From: Endomicrobiales bacterium
Lineage (GTDB): Bacteria; Elusimicrobiota; Endomicrobiia; Endomicrobiales; CAIRNS01
NCBI GenBank assembly: GCA_049508565.1
Contig: JBELAT010000016.1
Span: forward strand, 1-36,419
DNA length: 36,419 bases
Reading direction: 5' to 3'
Position 1 is the first letter of the stretch. Every line of letters starts with the position of its first letter. Under the pieces are notes generated by a model. It saw only the letters and a program-made list of their open reading frames with translations. It was not told the DNA's origin and ran no database searches. The position numbers and the translations under genes were made by a program. Shown here piece after piece: positions 1 to 8,691 of the stretch.

Positions 1-501
1 TGTCAGCATGAAACCAAGATTGCCCGTGATAGCTATCGCAGAAGTGCATGATAAAACCACATACCCGGCGAGCATTTTTTTCAACAAGCCCCTGTTTTTT
101 TCAAGCAGCATATCCCATGTATAAAACAAAACAATCAGCGACACAATCTCGGCGAGAAAAACGCCGTATTCAAAGAACCACGCCCAGAAAAAGATCCGGA
201 GCATGGTGCTTATCGCCCGGGGTGCAAGCGCCATCGTGGTAAACCATATCCCTGTACCGGTCACCGCGCCCACTATCGTAATAGAAAAAACGGCAAATTT
301 TATAAAATCTCTCCTAAAATCAGTCCATTCGGGGTACGGTGCTGTGCCGGTGCTCAGTGCTCCGAAATTGAGCTCACCCAGGGCTATCAGCGCAAAAGAG
401 CCTATGGCTATACCATGGCTAATGAGCACATGAAGTACTGCGTTACATCCTATAATCATGCCGTTTCCTATGTATGGTACATTGTACGGAGGAAATATCA
501 T
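1..501 (-). CDS. Polytopic membrane protein, cytochrome bd-type oxidase subunit I (CydA)-like. N-terminal 167 codons only; the gene runs off the left edge.
   Basis: Absent from the ORF track because no stop lies in the window. My minus-strand translation from ATG 501..499 is MIFPPYNVPYIGNGMIIGCNAVLHVLISHGIAIGSF...GTGIWFTTMALAPRAISTMLRIFFWAWFFEYGVFLAEIVSLIVLFYTWDMLLEKNRGLLKKMLAGYVVLSCTSAIAITGNLGFMLT. Three things recall CydA: an early His in TM1, two Glu in a FFExxxFLxE helix, and a W-loop followed by a SA..I..N..M segment. The ATG overlaps the actF stop as ATGA (498-501). Confidence 0.4.
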   Translation of the reverse strand, partial: MIFPPYNVPYIGNGMIIGCNAVLHVLISHGIAIGSFALIALGELNFGALSTGTAPYPEWTDFRRDFIKFAVFSITIVGAVTGTGIWFTTMALAPRAISTMLRIFFWAWFFEYGVFLAEIVSLIVLFYTWDMLLEKNRGLLKKMLAGYVVLSCTSAIAITGNLGFMLT

Positions 502-1577
502 GGCACATCCTCCCTCTCGTACGCCCTGGTCCTGTTAAGGAGCACTAACATATATAGGCTTACAACAGCGACTGCGGCCCCGGCGTGAACGGGACTCAGC
601 CGACCAGTGCCCAAAGATAAGTTAGCGAATACGAGCCACCCCATCTCAACTATCCGCGTAAGCATTATACCTGCGGCAAGAATAGCAAGAAACGTTGGGC
701 TCGATTTCAACGATCTGTTCAATAACAGGAAAAACGGAACGAAAAAGTTCACTATTATAACGAACAATGGCATGGCTCGCCACCCGTTTTGTGTCAGCCC
801 GAGATACCAGCTTATCTCGTCCGGCTTGTTTGCCATCCATATAAGCAGGAACTGTGAAAACGACATATACGCCCACAAGATGAGCATGGTCAGTATAATA
901 TTGCCAATATCAATAAATCGAGAATCTCCGTCTTTGGAAATAGTGGAACCAGGCTGTTTGAAGAAACCGTTGAGCATGATAATAAAACAGAAAGAGTACA
1001 GCACCTGGCCTACGACGAAGGCTATACCGAAAATAGTCGAATACCACGTTGGCCTCAGTGACATTATCCAGTCCATAGCCGCAAATGTGCCTGTTAATGC
1101 AAACAAAACACCCAGCAAACCTGAAACATTCACCCTTTTATTATGCTTATCAAGCCACCAGGCCGATCCCATCCAGACAGCAAAATAGATTGCGCAGCGC
1201 ACCATAAAAAATGGCACGTTAAGATATCCCGCGTTGCGCAGGCCATAATGCGCTGCTGTCCAGGGGTAAATGCGGGACAACCAGAACAGAACAGGTATGG
1301 ATAATATCAATGCCGCAGGAAACGTCCTGCTCGCACACAGAAAATATTTTCTGACCGGTTCTGCCCACCGTCCCCCGGTCAGCGTATGAATGAGCCGTAT
1401 TCCCAGTCCGCCCAAAGCCACGCTTATTATCAATAGAGCTCCGAAAAAGTATCCCTCAACGACATCCTGGAAACCGCTTCTAATATTCCAGGCGCACAGC
1501 GCAGCTCCAGCCGCCAGCGTTATCCAGAGACATGCCATTGTTTTATTTCCTTTTTGTCCCGATACCTGCGTAAGCAT
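498..1577 (-). CDS. actF: Alternative Complex III membrane subunit ActF (quinol:cytochrome c oxidoreductase, second NrfD-related/quinone-binding subunit)
   Basis: 359-aa ORF that is hydrophobic and multi-helical throughout. It is the last gene of an actA-B-C-D-E-F ordered cluster. The assignment rests mainly on operon position and membrane character. Confidence 0.6.
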   Translation of the reverse strand: MLTQVSGQKGNKTMACLWITLAAGAALCAWNIRSGFQDVVEGYFFGALLIISVALGGLGIRLIHTLTGGRWAEPVRKYFLCASRTFPAALILSIPVLFWLSRIYPWTAAHYGLRNAGYLNVPFFMVRCAIYFAVWMGSAWWLDKHNKRVNVSGLLGVLFALTGTFAAMDWIMSLRPTWYSTIFGIAFVVGQVLYSFCFIIMLNGFFKQPGSTISKDGDSRFIDIGNIILTMLILWAYMSFSQFLLIWMANKPDEISWYLGLTQNGWRAMPLFVIIVNFFVPFFLLLNRSLKSSPTFLAILAAGIMLTRIVEMGWLVFANLSLGTGRLSPVHAGAAVAVVSLYMLVLLNRTRAYEREDVP

Positions 1578-1611
1578 AAAATCCTCTTTTGAACCTTTAA
1601 TGGCAGCTCGC

Positions 1612-2199
1612 CTACGGGCGATCGCTCTCGTTTTTCTCCGACTTTTGTTGCGGTTTCTGACTATTTGATATAAGTTTCTTGATATACGCCGCTACCGACC
1701 AGCGTTCCTGTTCATTAAGCAGATCATGGAAATAATCCATTTTGCCGTAACCGTTTGTCATGACATAAAAATAATAGCCGGGATAGACGCTTTTGAGCTT
1801 ATCGCTTGAAAAAGAAAGAGGCGTGGTGAACCCCTTTTTGACCACGATCCCGTCTCCCGCCCCCTGATTGCCGTGACAAACGGAGCAGTAAATATCATAT
1901 TTTTCCCGTCCCTCTTCAATGGTTCTTTCATCCACGGGTATTGCAAAGCCAGCCAGATAGTTTCCCTGTGTGCTCCGCCCGGTATAATACGGAGAATTGT
2001 CCCGCATATCATCCCTCGATACCGTTCCCTTAATCCTGTCCCGCGCGGAACTGCCGTTGGGGAAAAACAAATCCTGTTGCAGCGGTTCTATCTTGCCTCT
2101 GTCGCCCATATCCCGCTGACAGCCCACTGAAAGCGCAAGTACAACAACTATGGCGAAAAAAGCACCTATTTTTTTATTTATCATTTGTTTCCACCACAT
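1612..2199 (-). CDS. actE: Alternative Complex III monohaem cytochrome c subunit ActE
   Basis: 195-aa ORF with a signal peptide and a lipobox-like LALSVGC. It has a single CxxCH motif (CSVCHG) and a downstream MTNGYGKM Met-ligand region. It sits between actD and actF. Confidence 0.75.
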   Translation of the reverse strand: MWWKQMINKKIGAFFAIVVVLALSVGCQRDMGDRGKIEPLQQDLFFPNGSSARDRIKGTVSRDDMRDNSPYYTGRSTQGNYLAGFAIPVDERTIEEGREKYDIYCSVCHGNQGAGDGIVVKKGFTTPLSFSSDKLKSVYPGYYFYVMTNGYGKMDYFHDLLNEQERWSVAAYIKKLISNSQKPQQKSEKNESDRP

Positions 2200-2716
2200 G
2201 TAGCTCTTCAGGGCCAGTAGATTGCAGGAACTGACGTGTACGAACTACGTCATAATTATCGTCTCCGGGCATGATGCACAGAAAAAAGCTGTCGGAGCTT
2301 GCTTTCTCGAACCCCGGAATATTAAACGCCGGATGATGCAGCTCCGGGAACCGGTTGAAAAACAGAAACCCGGCGAAAGCCGACAGAACTGAAAAGAGTA
2401 TGGTCAACTCAAACGTTATCGGGATGAACGCCGGCCAGCTGTTAAACGGGCGTCCGCCGATGTTGAGCGGATATTCCAGCGCAAAAGCTATGTACTGCAT
2501 CGCAAACCCCGACAACCCGCCGAAAAGGCCGCCGCATAAAATAACCCACGGCAGCATTTTTTCCTTCTGCTGTAAAAGCTCGGCGACTCCGTCGACCTGA
2601 AACGGCGTAAAGGTCTCAACGCGCCGGTATCCGGCCTCTGTCGTTCGTCTTACGGCAGCGACAAACGTATCTATGTTTTCATAACGGGCGGCAAGACAAT
2701 AAATGTCATTGTTCAT
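2174..2716 (-). CDS. actD: Alternative Complex III subunit ActD (DUF3341-type membrane protein)
   Basis: ORF 2174..2761, with a likely start at internal Met (MNNDIYCLAARYENIDTF...) at 2716. A soluble N-domain is followed by two TM helices (PWVILCGGLFGGLSGF, IPITFELTILFSVLSAFAGFLFF). The gene lies after actC. Confidence 0.7.
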   Translation of the reverse strand: MNNDIYCLAARYENIDTFVAAVRRTTEAGYRRVETFTPFQVDGVAELLQQKEKMLPWVILCGGLFGGLSGFAMQYIAFALEYPLNIGGRPFNSWPAFIPITFELTILFSVLSAFAGFLFFNRFPELHHPAFNIPGFEKASSDSFFLCIMPGDDNYDVVRTRQFLQSTGPEELHVVETNDK

Positions 2717-4082
2717 GGTCGTTCCCCTTTTGAATTTTCGCAGCGAGATCTTCAACCTCATAGCTGGCTATCAACGGAAATACCCGGAAGAAGATCAGGA
2801 ACCCTGTCATAAAAAGTCCCAGTGACCCGATCAGCGTTGCCCAGTCCCAGACAGTCGGGAAATACAAGTGCCATGCTGAAGGCATGAAATCACGGTTGAG
2901 ACTTCCAATAACTATCACGAAACGTTCGGCCCACATGCCTATGTTTATCACTATCGAAAGAAAGAACAGGATAAGCGCGTTTCGTCTAATATTTTTGAAC
3001 CAGAGAATCTGGATAGAGCATACGTTGCATAGAAGGAGCAAAACGAATAAGAACCCGTACGGCCCCGTAAGCTGGTTTTTTGTGTGGAACCATTCATAAA
3101 AGTTCCCGCTATACCAGCCGATGAACGCCTCCATAAGATAACCATATCCAACTATCAACCCTGTTGTCAGCATGATTTTTGACATCAGGTCGAGATGATC
3201 CTGAGTAATCACGCGTTCAAGCCCATAGAGCTTGCGTATGGGGAGCATTAGGGTTAGTACCATTGCAAAACCTGAAAATATAGCGCCACCGACGAAGTAA
3301 GGCGGAAAGATGGTCGAGTGCCATCCGGGTACGAGCGTTATTGCGAAATCGAAACTCACTACGGTATGTACTGAGACCACCAGCGGTGTGGCTAGCCCGG
3401 CCATGATAAGGTAGGCCGTTTTGTGCCGTTGCCAGTGAACGCCTGCGCCGCGCCAGCCCAGGCTCAGGATTCCGTAGAATTTTTTTACCAAAATGTTCTG
3501 CGCCCGGTCACGTGCCGCGCCAAGGTCGGGGATGAGGCCGGTGTACCAGAACACCACCGAAACGGTAAAATACGTGCTGACGGCAAAAATGTCCCATACA
3601 AGGGCACTCCTGAACTGAGGCCACAACCCCATCGTGTTGGGATAAGGCACCAACCAGTACGCAAACCACCACCGGCCAAGGTGTAAGAATGGAAACATTC
3701 CCGCACACATAACCGCGAAAAGCGTTATGGTCTCTGAGAAACGGTTTATGGATGCCCGCCACTCCTGATGAAGGAGGTATAGGAAAGCAGAGATGAAAGT
3801 GCCGGCATGTCCGATACCAATCCACCAGACAAAATTGGTGATGGCAAACCCCCAGGCCACAGGAATGTTGACACCCCAGATACCGACACCTTTAATGAAA
3901 AGCCAGGTGATAGCAATCTGCAACACGAAGCACAGCATTAATGCAACAATAAAAACACTGACTACGGATGGCCGGAACCCCTCCTTAAGAGGGATATTCA
4001 TTATAAGGTTTCCGATAGAGGCAAATGTCGAACCCTCTGCTAGAAATCTCTTCGGACCGGTGTCGTTGTTTTTATTTTCCAT
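2706..4082 (-). CDS. actC: Alternative Complex III NrfD/PsrC-type quinol-interacting membrane subunit ActC
   Basis: 458-aa ORF with about 10 TM helices and the typical NrfD-family look (WGxxIPxxxF..., WWIGIGHAGT). Its start overlaps the stop of the actB C-terminal fragment as TAATG (4080-4084). Confidence 0.85.
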   Translation of the reverse strand: MENKNNDTGPKRFLAEGSTFASIGNLIMNIPLKEGFRPSVVSVFIVALMLCFVLQIAITWLFIKGVGIWGVNIPVAWGFAITNFVWWIGIGHAGTFISAFLYLLHQEWRASINRFSETITLFAVMCAGMFPFLHLGRWWFAYWLVPYPNTMGLWPQFRSALVWDIFAVSTYFTVSVVFWYTGLIPDLGAARDRAQNILVKKFYGILSLGWRGAGVHWQRHKTAYLIMAGLATPLVVSVHTVVSFDFAITLVPGWHSTIFPPYFVGGAIFSGFAMVLTLMLPIRKLYGLERVITQDHLDLMSKIMLTTGLIVGYGYLMEAFIGWYSGNFYEWFHTKNQLTGPYGFLFVLLLLCNVCSIQILWFKNIRRNALILFFLSIVINIGMWAERFVIVIGSLNRDFMPSAWHLYFPTVWDWATLIGSLGLFMTGFLIFFRVFPLIASYEVEDLAAKIQKGNDHEQ

Positions 4083-4342
4083 TAGACGCCTCGCAGACTG
4101 TCATTGGGATTTTTGATCCTGGCCAGGTATGTGGTTCTCGGCCGTGTCCCGAGATCGGTCAGTATCCCATAATTTAGGTGACTGGACTTTTTGATAGAAA
4201 CAGCCGACGAAAGATCCCGCACGTCGCCAAACACGATCGCCCGGGTGGGACAGGCCTGCTGGCAGGCGAGCACTATCTCGCCGTCTCTGATTTTCCGCTT
4301 TTCTCTCTGTGCCGTTATGCGTGCCCGGTTTATGCGTTGAAG
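4082..4342 (-). pseudogene. actB: Detached C-terminal end of ActB (last ferredoxin-type half-motif), in a different frame from the main actB ORF
   Basis: The frame is open from 4342. My translation is LQRINRARITAQREKRKIRDGEIVLACQQACPTRAIVFGDVRDLSSAVSIKK...IKNPNDSLRGV. This is the usual C-terminus of NrfC/PsrB/ActB iron-sulfur modules (..QRI...DGE..ACxxACPTxAIxFGD). The ORF track shows it only from an internal GTG (4273). Confidence 0.75.
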
Positions 4343-6852
4343 TTATAGTCAAAAAAGTTGAAGCGACGGACCTTGTAGGGACAGTTGTTTGAACAGAACC
4401 GTGTTCCCACACAACGGTTGTAGGTCATCTCGTTGATACCCTCCTCGCTGTGGCTGGTCGCCTCAACGGGGCAGACAAGCTCGCAGGGGGCGTTCTCGCA
4501 GTGCATACATGGCACAGGTTGGTGGATGATGTCCGGTTCCTGCCCGGAACCTTTGAAATACCTATCGACACGTATCCAGTGCATGATGCGGCCGCGCTTG
4601 ACTTCCGTAATGCCAACCACAGACCCGTTGTTTTCTACCTGGCACGCCATGGTACAGGCTCCGCATCCCGTGCACCGGCTCAAGTCTATAATCATTCCCC
4701 ACTGGTATGGCGCATTGAGGTGCTGCTCAGGAATATAGAGCGTTTCAGATTTTTTCGGGGTGATAATATTCTGAGTTATTAAAGCGGGATTTTTTTTGTA
4801 TGAGTCAACATCGGTTACAAGCGCCAGATCCCGGCCGCCTTCCCGGGATTCAGTTTGAGTTATTGCGAGTTGATAGGGTTTCATCGTCCGTTTGAAACTA
4901 AAATCGGTTGTGCTAAAAGGTTCATTGTCTGACTGTAGCTTATACGCGTCAAAACCAATACTATCGCCGATCCCTCCGTCGATTTTTCTTCCATAACCGA
5001 GAAACACCGTTATGGTTTCAGGTGCCTGACCCGGCAAAAGGTAGACGGGAGCATACACAACTTCGCCGTGAGCAGATATTTCTATAACCGTTCCGTCAGT
5101 TAAACCTTTCTGCTGGGCAGACTGCGGGCTCATATACGCTGCATTTTCCCAGGACAATTTTGACAGTGGCCGTGGCAGCTCTCTGAGCCAGCTGTTATTA
5201 GAGAAACGGCCGTCTAGAATGTAGGGATCCTGCCGTATGAGCAGCGTCCATTTTCTGTCAGTGGATTGGGATACCGCTGAGGAAGGAATTGTTCGCTCAG
5301 TCACACTTAAAGGCTTAAATGCCGAGTCAGCCATAATGCCATCATGCAGAGTTTTGTGCCAGTAAGAGTCAAAATCGGATATATGTAATCGTTCTTTCCA
5401 GTATGAACGTATAACTTCATCGTACGGGTTAGTTTCTTCACCGAGCAATAAAAGGCATAGCTCATACTCAGTGACCCCGTTATATAATGGCCGTATAAGC
5501 GGCTGGCGTATAGTAACCGAACCGTCAAAAGCGCGAACATCGCCCCATGATTCGAACTCGTGCGCAAGAGGTATATGCCAATGCGCACGTTTAGCCGTAT
5601 CATCGTAGTAAGAGCCGAGATACACTATATTACCTACGGAGCGAAGCCGTTTAGCAAAATCGAGGTTCCGCGGGGTGGCGTATACGGGATCCCCATCAAT
5701 GATAATCAGATCGCTTACTGTTTTGTTTTCAAGCTCACGCGCAAGATCTATGATCGACCCGGAACTATCTTCAGATATTTCCTCCACCGGCTGTATGTAT
5801 TCAATGGTTTTTCCTACATTGTGCAGCATGTTGTTTAGCCGGAACGCCGCGATCTGAACCGACTCGTTCTGTTCACGTCCTGCTATAACCAGGGATCTGG
5901 ATATATTGTTGACAAGGTCACGGGCAAGAGCTTCGAGAAAATTTCTGGTGTTTTCAGCAAGCGTCTGGCCGATGTCTGAGTGTCCTTTTTCCACGGTCTC
6001 GACAAGCGCCCCCATAAACGTTTCGATCTCGTGCGGGCGGCATACCATTCTATGGTCTGCTGACGCTCCTGTCAGCGTTGGTGTTGCCTCAAGAGCGTAG
6101 AACCGGTTCAACCTCATTGTTCCCGATTCTACTGATCTTCTTTGGCCAAACTCACGGGAGTAAGCCACTGCGCCAGGTCCCTGGGTTAAAAAATCGCTTT
6201 CAATGGAAAAGATAACATCAGCATTTTTTACTTGCAGAACTGGTTGAACATCCTTTCCATACAACTTCAGAGAAGCTTTTCTCTCACGGTCACGGTTAAG
6301 GACGCTATACTGGTGCCAGATGGCTTTCGGGAACTCTTTAAGTATGTTCGTTCGAAGAAAAGCGAGTGTAGGAGAAATTATTGGCTGAGAAAGGAAGCAC
6401 AACCCTTCTCCTCCAGTTGTTTTGAGCTGCTTGCATCTCGAGCGTAAAACCCCGGCGAACCTCTGCCATGACGAGGGCATGGATTCATGCATGACTGTTT
6501 TCGATCTGACTGGATCATACAACTGGTAGATGACCGCCTGTGTCGCGGCATCGGTCGCTCCCAGGCTGTCTGGATGTTCCGGATTGCCTTCGATTTTTGT
6601 AGGCCTGCCCATATTAGTCTCGACTAGCACTCCCCGGGCAAAACCTCCGAGCGTTATCGCACTGGCAAAATACAACGGCTTTCCGGGTACAATGTCTTCG
6701 GGAGCCCGTACATAGGGAACTATATTTTCAAGCGGTTTAACGCACCCTGCCATGGAGAGCATAGCAAGCTGCGCCCCCATAAGTTTCAGGAACGTTCTCC
6801 GGGTCAAACCCGGATCCCACGGTTTTTTTTCAATGATTTTTTCTGTACTCAT
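4330..6852 (-). CDS. actB: Alternative Complex III subunit ActB (molybdopterin-oxidoreductase-like domain fused to an Fe-S domain), prematurely terminated
   Basis: 840-aa ORF with a twin-arginine signal (LTRRTFLKLMGA) and a large MopB-like domain. Cys motifs follow: CTGCGACTMAC, CMHCENAPCELVCP and CVGTRFCSNNCPYKVRRFNFF. The ORF stops (TAA 4330-4332) a few codons after the third motif. Confidence 0.85.
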   Translation of the reverse strand: MSTEKIIEKKPWDPGLTRRTFLKLMGAQLAMLSMAGCVKPLENIVPYVRAPEDIVPGKPLYFASAITLGGFARGVLVETNMGRPTKIEGNPEHPDSLGATDAATQAVIYQLYDPVRSKTVMHESMPSSWQRFAGVLRSRCKQLKTTGGEGLCFLSQPIISPTLAFLRTNILKEFPKAIWHQYSVLNRDRERKASLKLYGKDVQPVLQVKNADVIFSIESDFLTQGPGAVAYSREFGQRRSVESGTMRLNRFYALEATPTLTGASADHRMVCRPHEIETFMGALVETVEKGHSDIGQTLAENTRNFLEALARDLVNNISRSLVIAGREQNESVQIAAFRLNNMLHNVGKTIEYIQPVEEISEDSSGSIIDLARELENKTVSDLIIIDGDPVYATPRNLDFAKRLRSVGNIVYLGSYYDDTAKRAHWHIPLAHEFESWGDVRAFDGSVTIRQPLIRPLYNGVTEYELCLLLLGEETNPYDEVIRSYWKERLHISDFDSYWHKTLHDGIMADSAFKPLSVTERTIPSSAVSQSTDRKWTLLIRQDPYILDGRFSNNSWLRELPRPLSKLSWENAAYMSPQSAQQKGLTDGTVIEISAHGEVVYAPVYLLPGQAPETITVFLGYGRKIDGGIGDSIGFDAYKLQSDNEPFSTTDFSFKRTMKPYQLAITQTESREGGRDLALVTDVDSYKKNPALITQNIITPKKSETLYIPEQHLNAPYQWGMIIDLSRCTGCGACTMACQVENNGSVVGITEVKRGRIMHWIRVDRYFKGSGQEPDIIHQPVPCMHCENAPCELVCPVEATSHSEEGINEMTYNRCVGTRFCSNNCPYKVRRFNFFDYNFNA

Positions 6853-6859
6853 AATAGCC

Positions 6860-7486
6860 TCAACGATGACAGGTTGAACAGTTTGTTATTTCGATAACTT
6901 TTTCGTTAAACCGCGTAACTTTTATATTTTTTCCAGAACCTCCGGTCAATTCAGCCGCGGATAGATATTGGCCGGGATTTCTATGGCACTCAAGACACTC
7001 TCTCATAAAAAATGCCTTGTTTTTGCGCACGAACGGCATGTCGCCCAATTCTCCGTGGCAAGTAACGCAGGAAACGCCGTTGGCAATATGAATACTATGG
7101 TCAAAATACACAAAATCGGGAAGAGAGTAGACCCGCGCCCACACAAGCGGCTTTCCCGTCTCGAAACTCCGCCTGACTGGGGCGAGCATGGGAGCATCTT
7201 TAAAGAGTACACGGTGGCACTTCATACATGTTTGAGTGGGCGGGATCCCCGCGAAAGAACTCTGTGTTACTGAGGTGTGGCAAAACTTGCAGTCTATGCC
7301 AATCTCCTTGACGTGATGCTCATGGCTAAAGGGGACATCCTGCACTGTAAATCTGTTGACACCTGTTACGAAAGAGAACCTCTGAAACAAATCCATCACA
7401 ACCACACTGCCGGCAAGCAGAATGATTCCCGCGAAAATGATGAGCCTGAATATATGAGTGTCCCTGGCTTTAAAAAGTTGGCTCAT
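6860..7486 (-). CDS. actA: Alternative Complex III pentahaem cytochrome c subunit ActA
   Basis: 208-aa ORF with an N-terminal TM anchor and five CxxCH motifs (CKFCH, CMKCH, CVTCH, CLECH, CSTCH). It lies directly upstream of actB. Its start overlaps the preceding stop as ATGA (7483-7486). Confidence 0.85.
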   Translation of the reverse strand: MSQLFKARDTHIFRLIIFAGIILLAGSVVVMDLFQRFSFVTGVNRFTVQDVPFSHEHHVKEIGIDCKFCHTSVTQSSFAGIPPTQTCMKCHRVLFKDAPMLAPVRRSFETGKPLVWARVYSLPDFVYFDHSIHIANGVSCVTCHGELGDMPFVRKNKAFFMRECLECHRNPGQYLSAAELTGGSGKNIKVTRFNEKVIEITNCSTCHR

Positions 7487-8691
7487 TGTGTGACACCCTG
7501 TCCGAGATCAGGCGGTATCTCCCCGTTCCTGATCAGCTCTTTTGCCCAGTCTATCGGACCGCGCACATTGCAGGTCAAAACCCCGCACACCCTGTTATCG
7601 CGCAAAAAATATACGGTTCCTTTATTATTGCTTTCATCAAATTTATTGATATTTTGAAGATCCGGACTGATCTCCCCGACAGCCTCATAATTAAAATTGA
7701 AAATGGTGGAATAGAAATAGGGAATATAATCATATGCCAGGTGCGCGCCGGCCATGTTTCTGCCTGCCCATTTACCGTGATTGGCGGCGTGATCCCAGTG
7801 CTCCAGGTGCAACACTTTTTCCAAGACCGGACTAGGAAAGTCCGTGTTATCACCTGCTGCAAAGATGTCCGGCTGTGAGGTCTGCTGGTATTCGTTAACA
7901 GCTATATTCCTGTTGACCGTAATGCCGGCAGATTCGGCGAGGTCTGTCGAAGTGCCAATACCAATTCCAATGACAACCGCGTCTGTCTCGATCTGCAGCC
8001 CTCTCTGCGTTTTTATCACGAATTTGCCCCCGCTTTTCTCAAATGACACCGGTTTATCACGAGGGATCAGCGTAACGCCATGGTTTATGTACGACTTTTC
8101 AACGACTTTGCCAAGATACTCCGGAAATACGTTTGCGCACACGTAGTTGTCTGGATACAGCATGGTTACGTTTAATGCATTTTTGTTAAGAGATGCTCCT
8201 AATTCCGAGCCAATAAACCCTCCGCCGATGATCGTTACCGATGTCCCGCTTGATACAGCTTCCCGCAGTCTGGTATAGTCGTCAAGATACCGGTAATAAA
8301 AAATCCCTTCAAGCTTGCCGCCCGGGATCGGCAGTTTGCGGGGAGTACCGCCCGTTGCAAGGAGCAGCTTTTGATACCTGAACTTACGGCCCGTAAAGTC
8401 GCTCAGTGTTTTTGATTGCGCATCCAGTGACGTAGCCGTGACGCCCAGCAGCAGATCGACTCCCTTGCGCTCATAATATTTCTCATCGTTAACAAACAAA
8501 TCAGCGGGCTTCATTTTCCCCCACCAGAGTTCTTTTGTAAGTGGAGGACGGGCATAGGTGAGATATTTTTCTCCGCCTATAATGAGGATGGATCCGTCTT
8601 TATCATGCTCACGAATACCCTCTATGGCTGATGAACCCGCGATCCCGGCTCCGACAATAATATACGTATAGTCTTTTTTAAGCATACTCAT
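7483..8691 (-). CDS. AIF-family FAD-dependent NAD(P)H oxidoreductase (pyridine nucleotide-disulfide oxidoreductase fold)
   Basis: 402-aa ORF with two Rossmann motifs (IIVGAGIAGSSA, VTIIGGGFIGSELG). It also has YARPPLTKELWWG and LEHWDHAANHGKWAGRNMAG, which match the hallmark RPPLSKELW and HxDHA regions of apoptosis-inducing-factor-type flavoproteins, and AAGD. Confidence 0.8.
   Translation of the reverse strand: MSMLKKDYTYIIVGAGIAGSSAIEGIREHDKDGSILIIGGEKYLTYARPPLTKELWWGKMKPADLFVNDEKYYERKGVDLLLGVTATSLDAQSKTLSDFTGRKFRYQKLLLATGGTPRKLPIPGGKLEGIFYYRYLDDYTRLREAVSSGTSVTIIGGGFIGSELGASLNKNALNVTMLYPDNYVCANVFPEYLGKVVEKSYINHGVTLIPRDKPVSFEKSGGKFVIKTQRGLQIETDAVVIGIGIGTSTDLAESAGITVNRNIAVNEYQQTSQPDIFAAGDNTDFPSPVLEKVLHLEHWDHAANHGKWAGRNMAGAHLAYDYIPYFYSTIFNFNYEAVGEISPDLQNINKFDESNNKGTVYFLRDNRVCGVLTCNVRGPIDWAKELIRNGEIPPDLGQGVTQ

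Noticed and set aside
607-1188. 193-aa plus-strand ORF antisense to actF. Similar long antisense ORFs lie at 9436-9885, 21410-22081 and 33121-33708.
   Set aside because: Each lies entirely inside a well-supported minus-strand gene. Their compositions are low-complexity and rich in Ser/Arg/Pro or Ala, and they have no motifs and no ribosome-binding sites. This is the typical shadow-ORF pattern.
4101-4412. 103-aa minus-strand ORF spanning the actB lesion in the third frame
   Set aside because: The product is Arg/Ser/Thr-rich with no Cys motif or similarity to Fe-S modules. The two other frames carry the recognisable ActB sequence on either side of the break.
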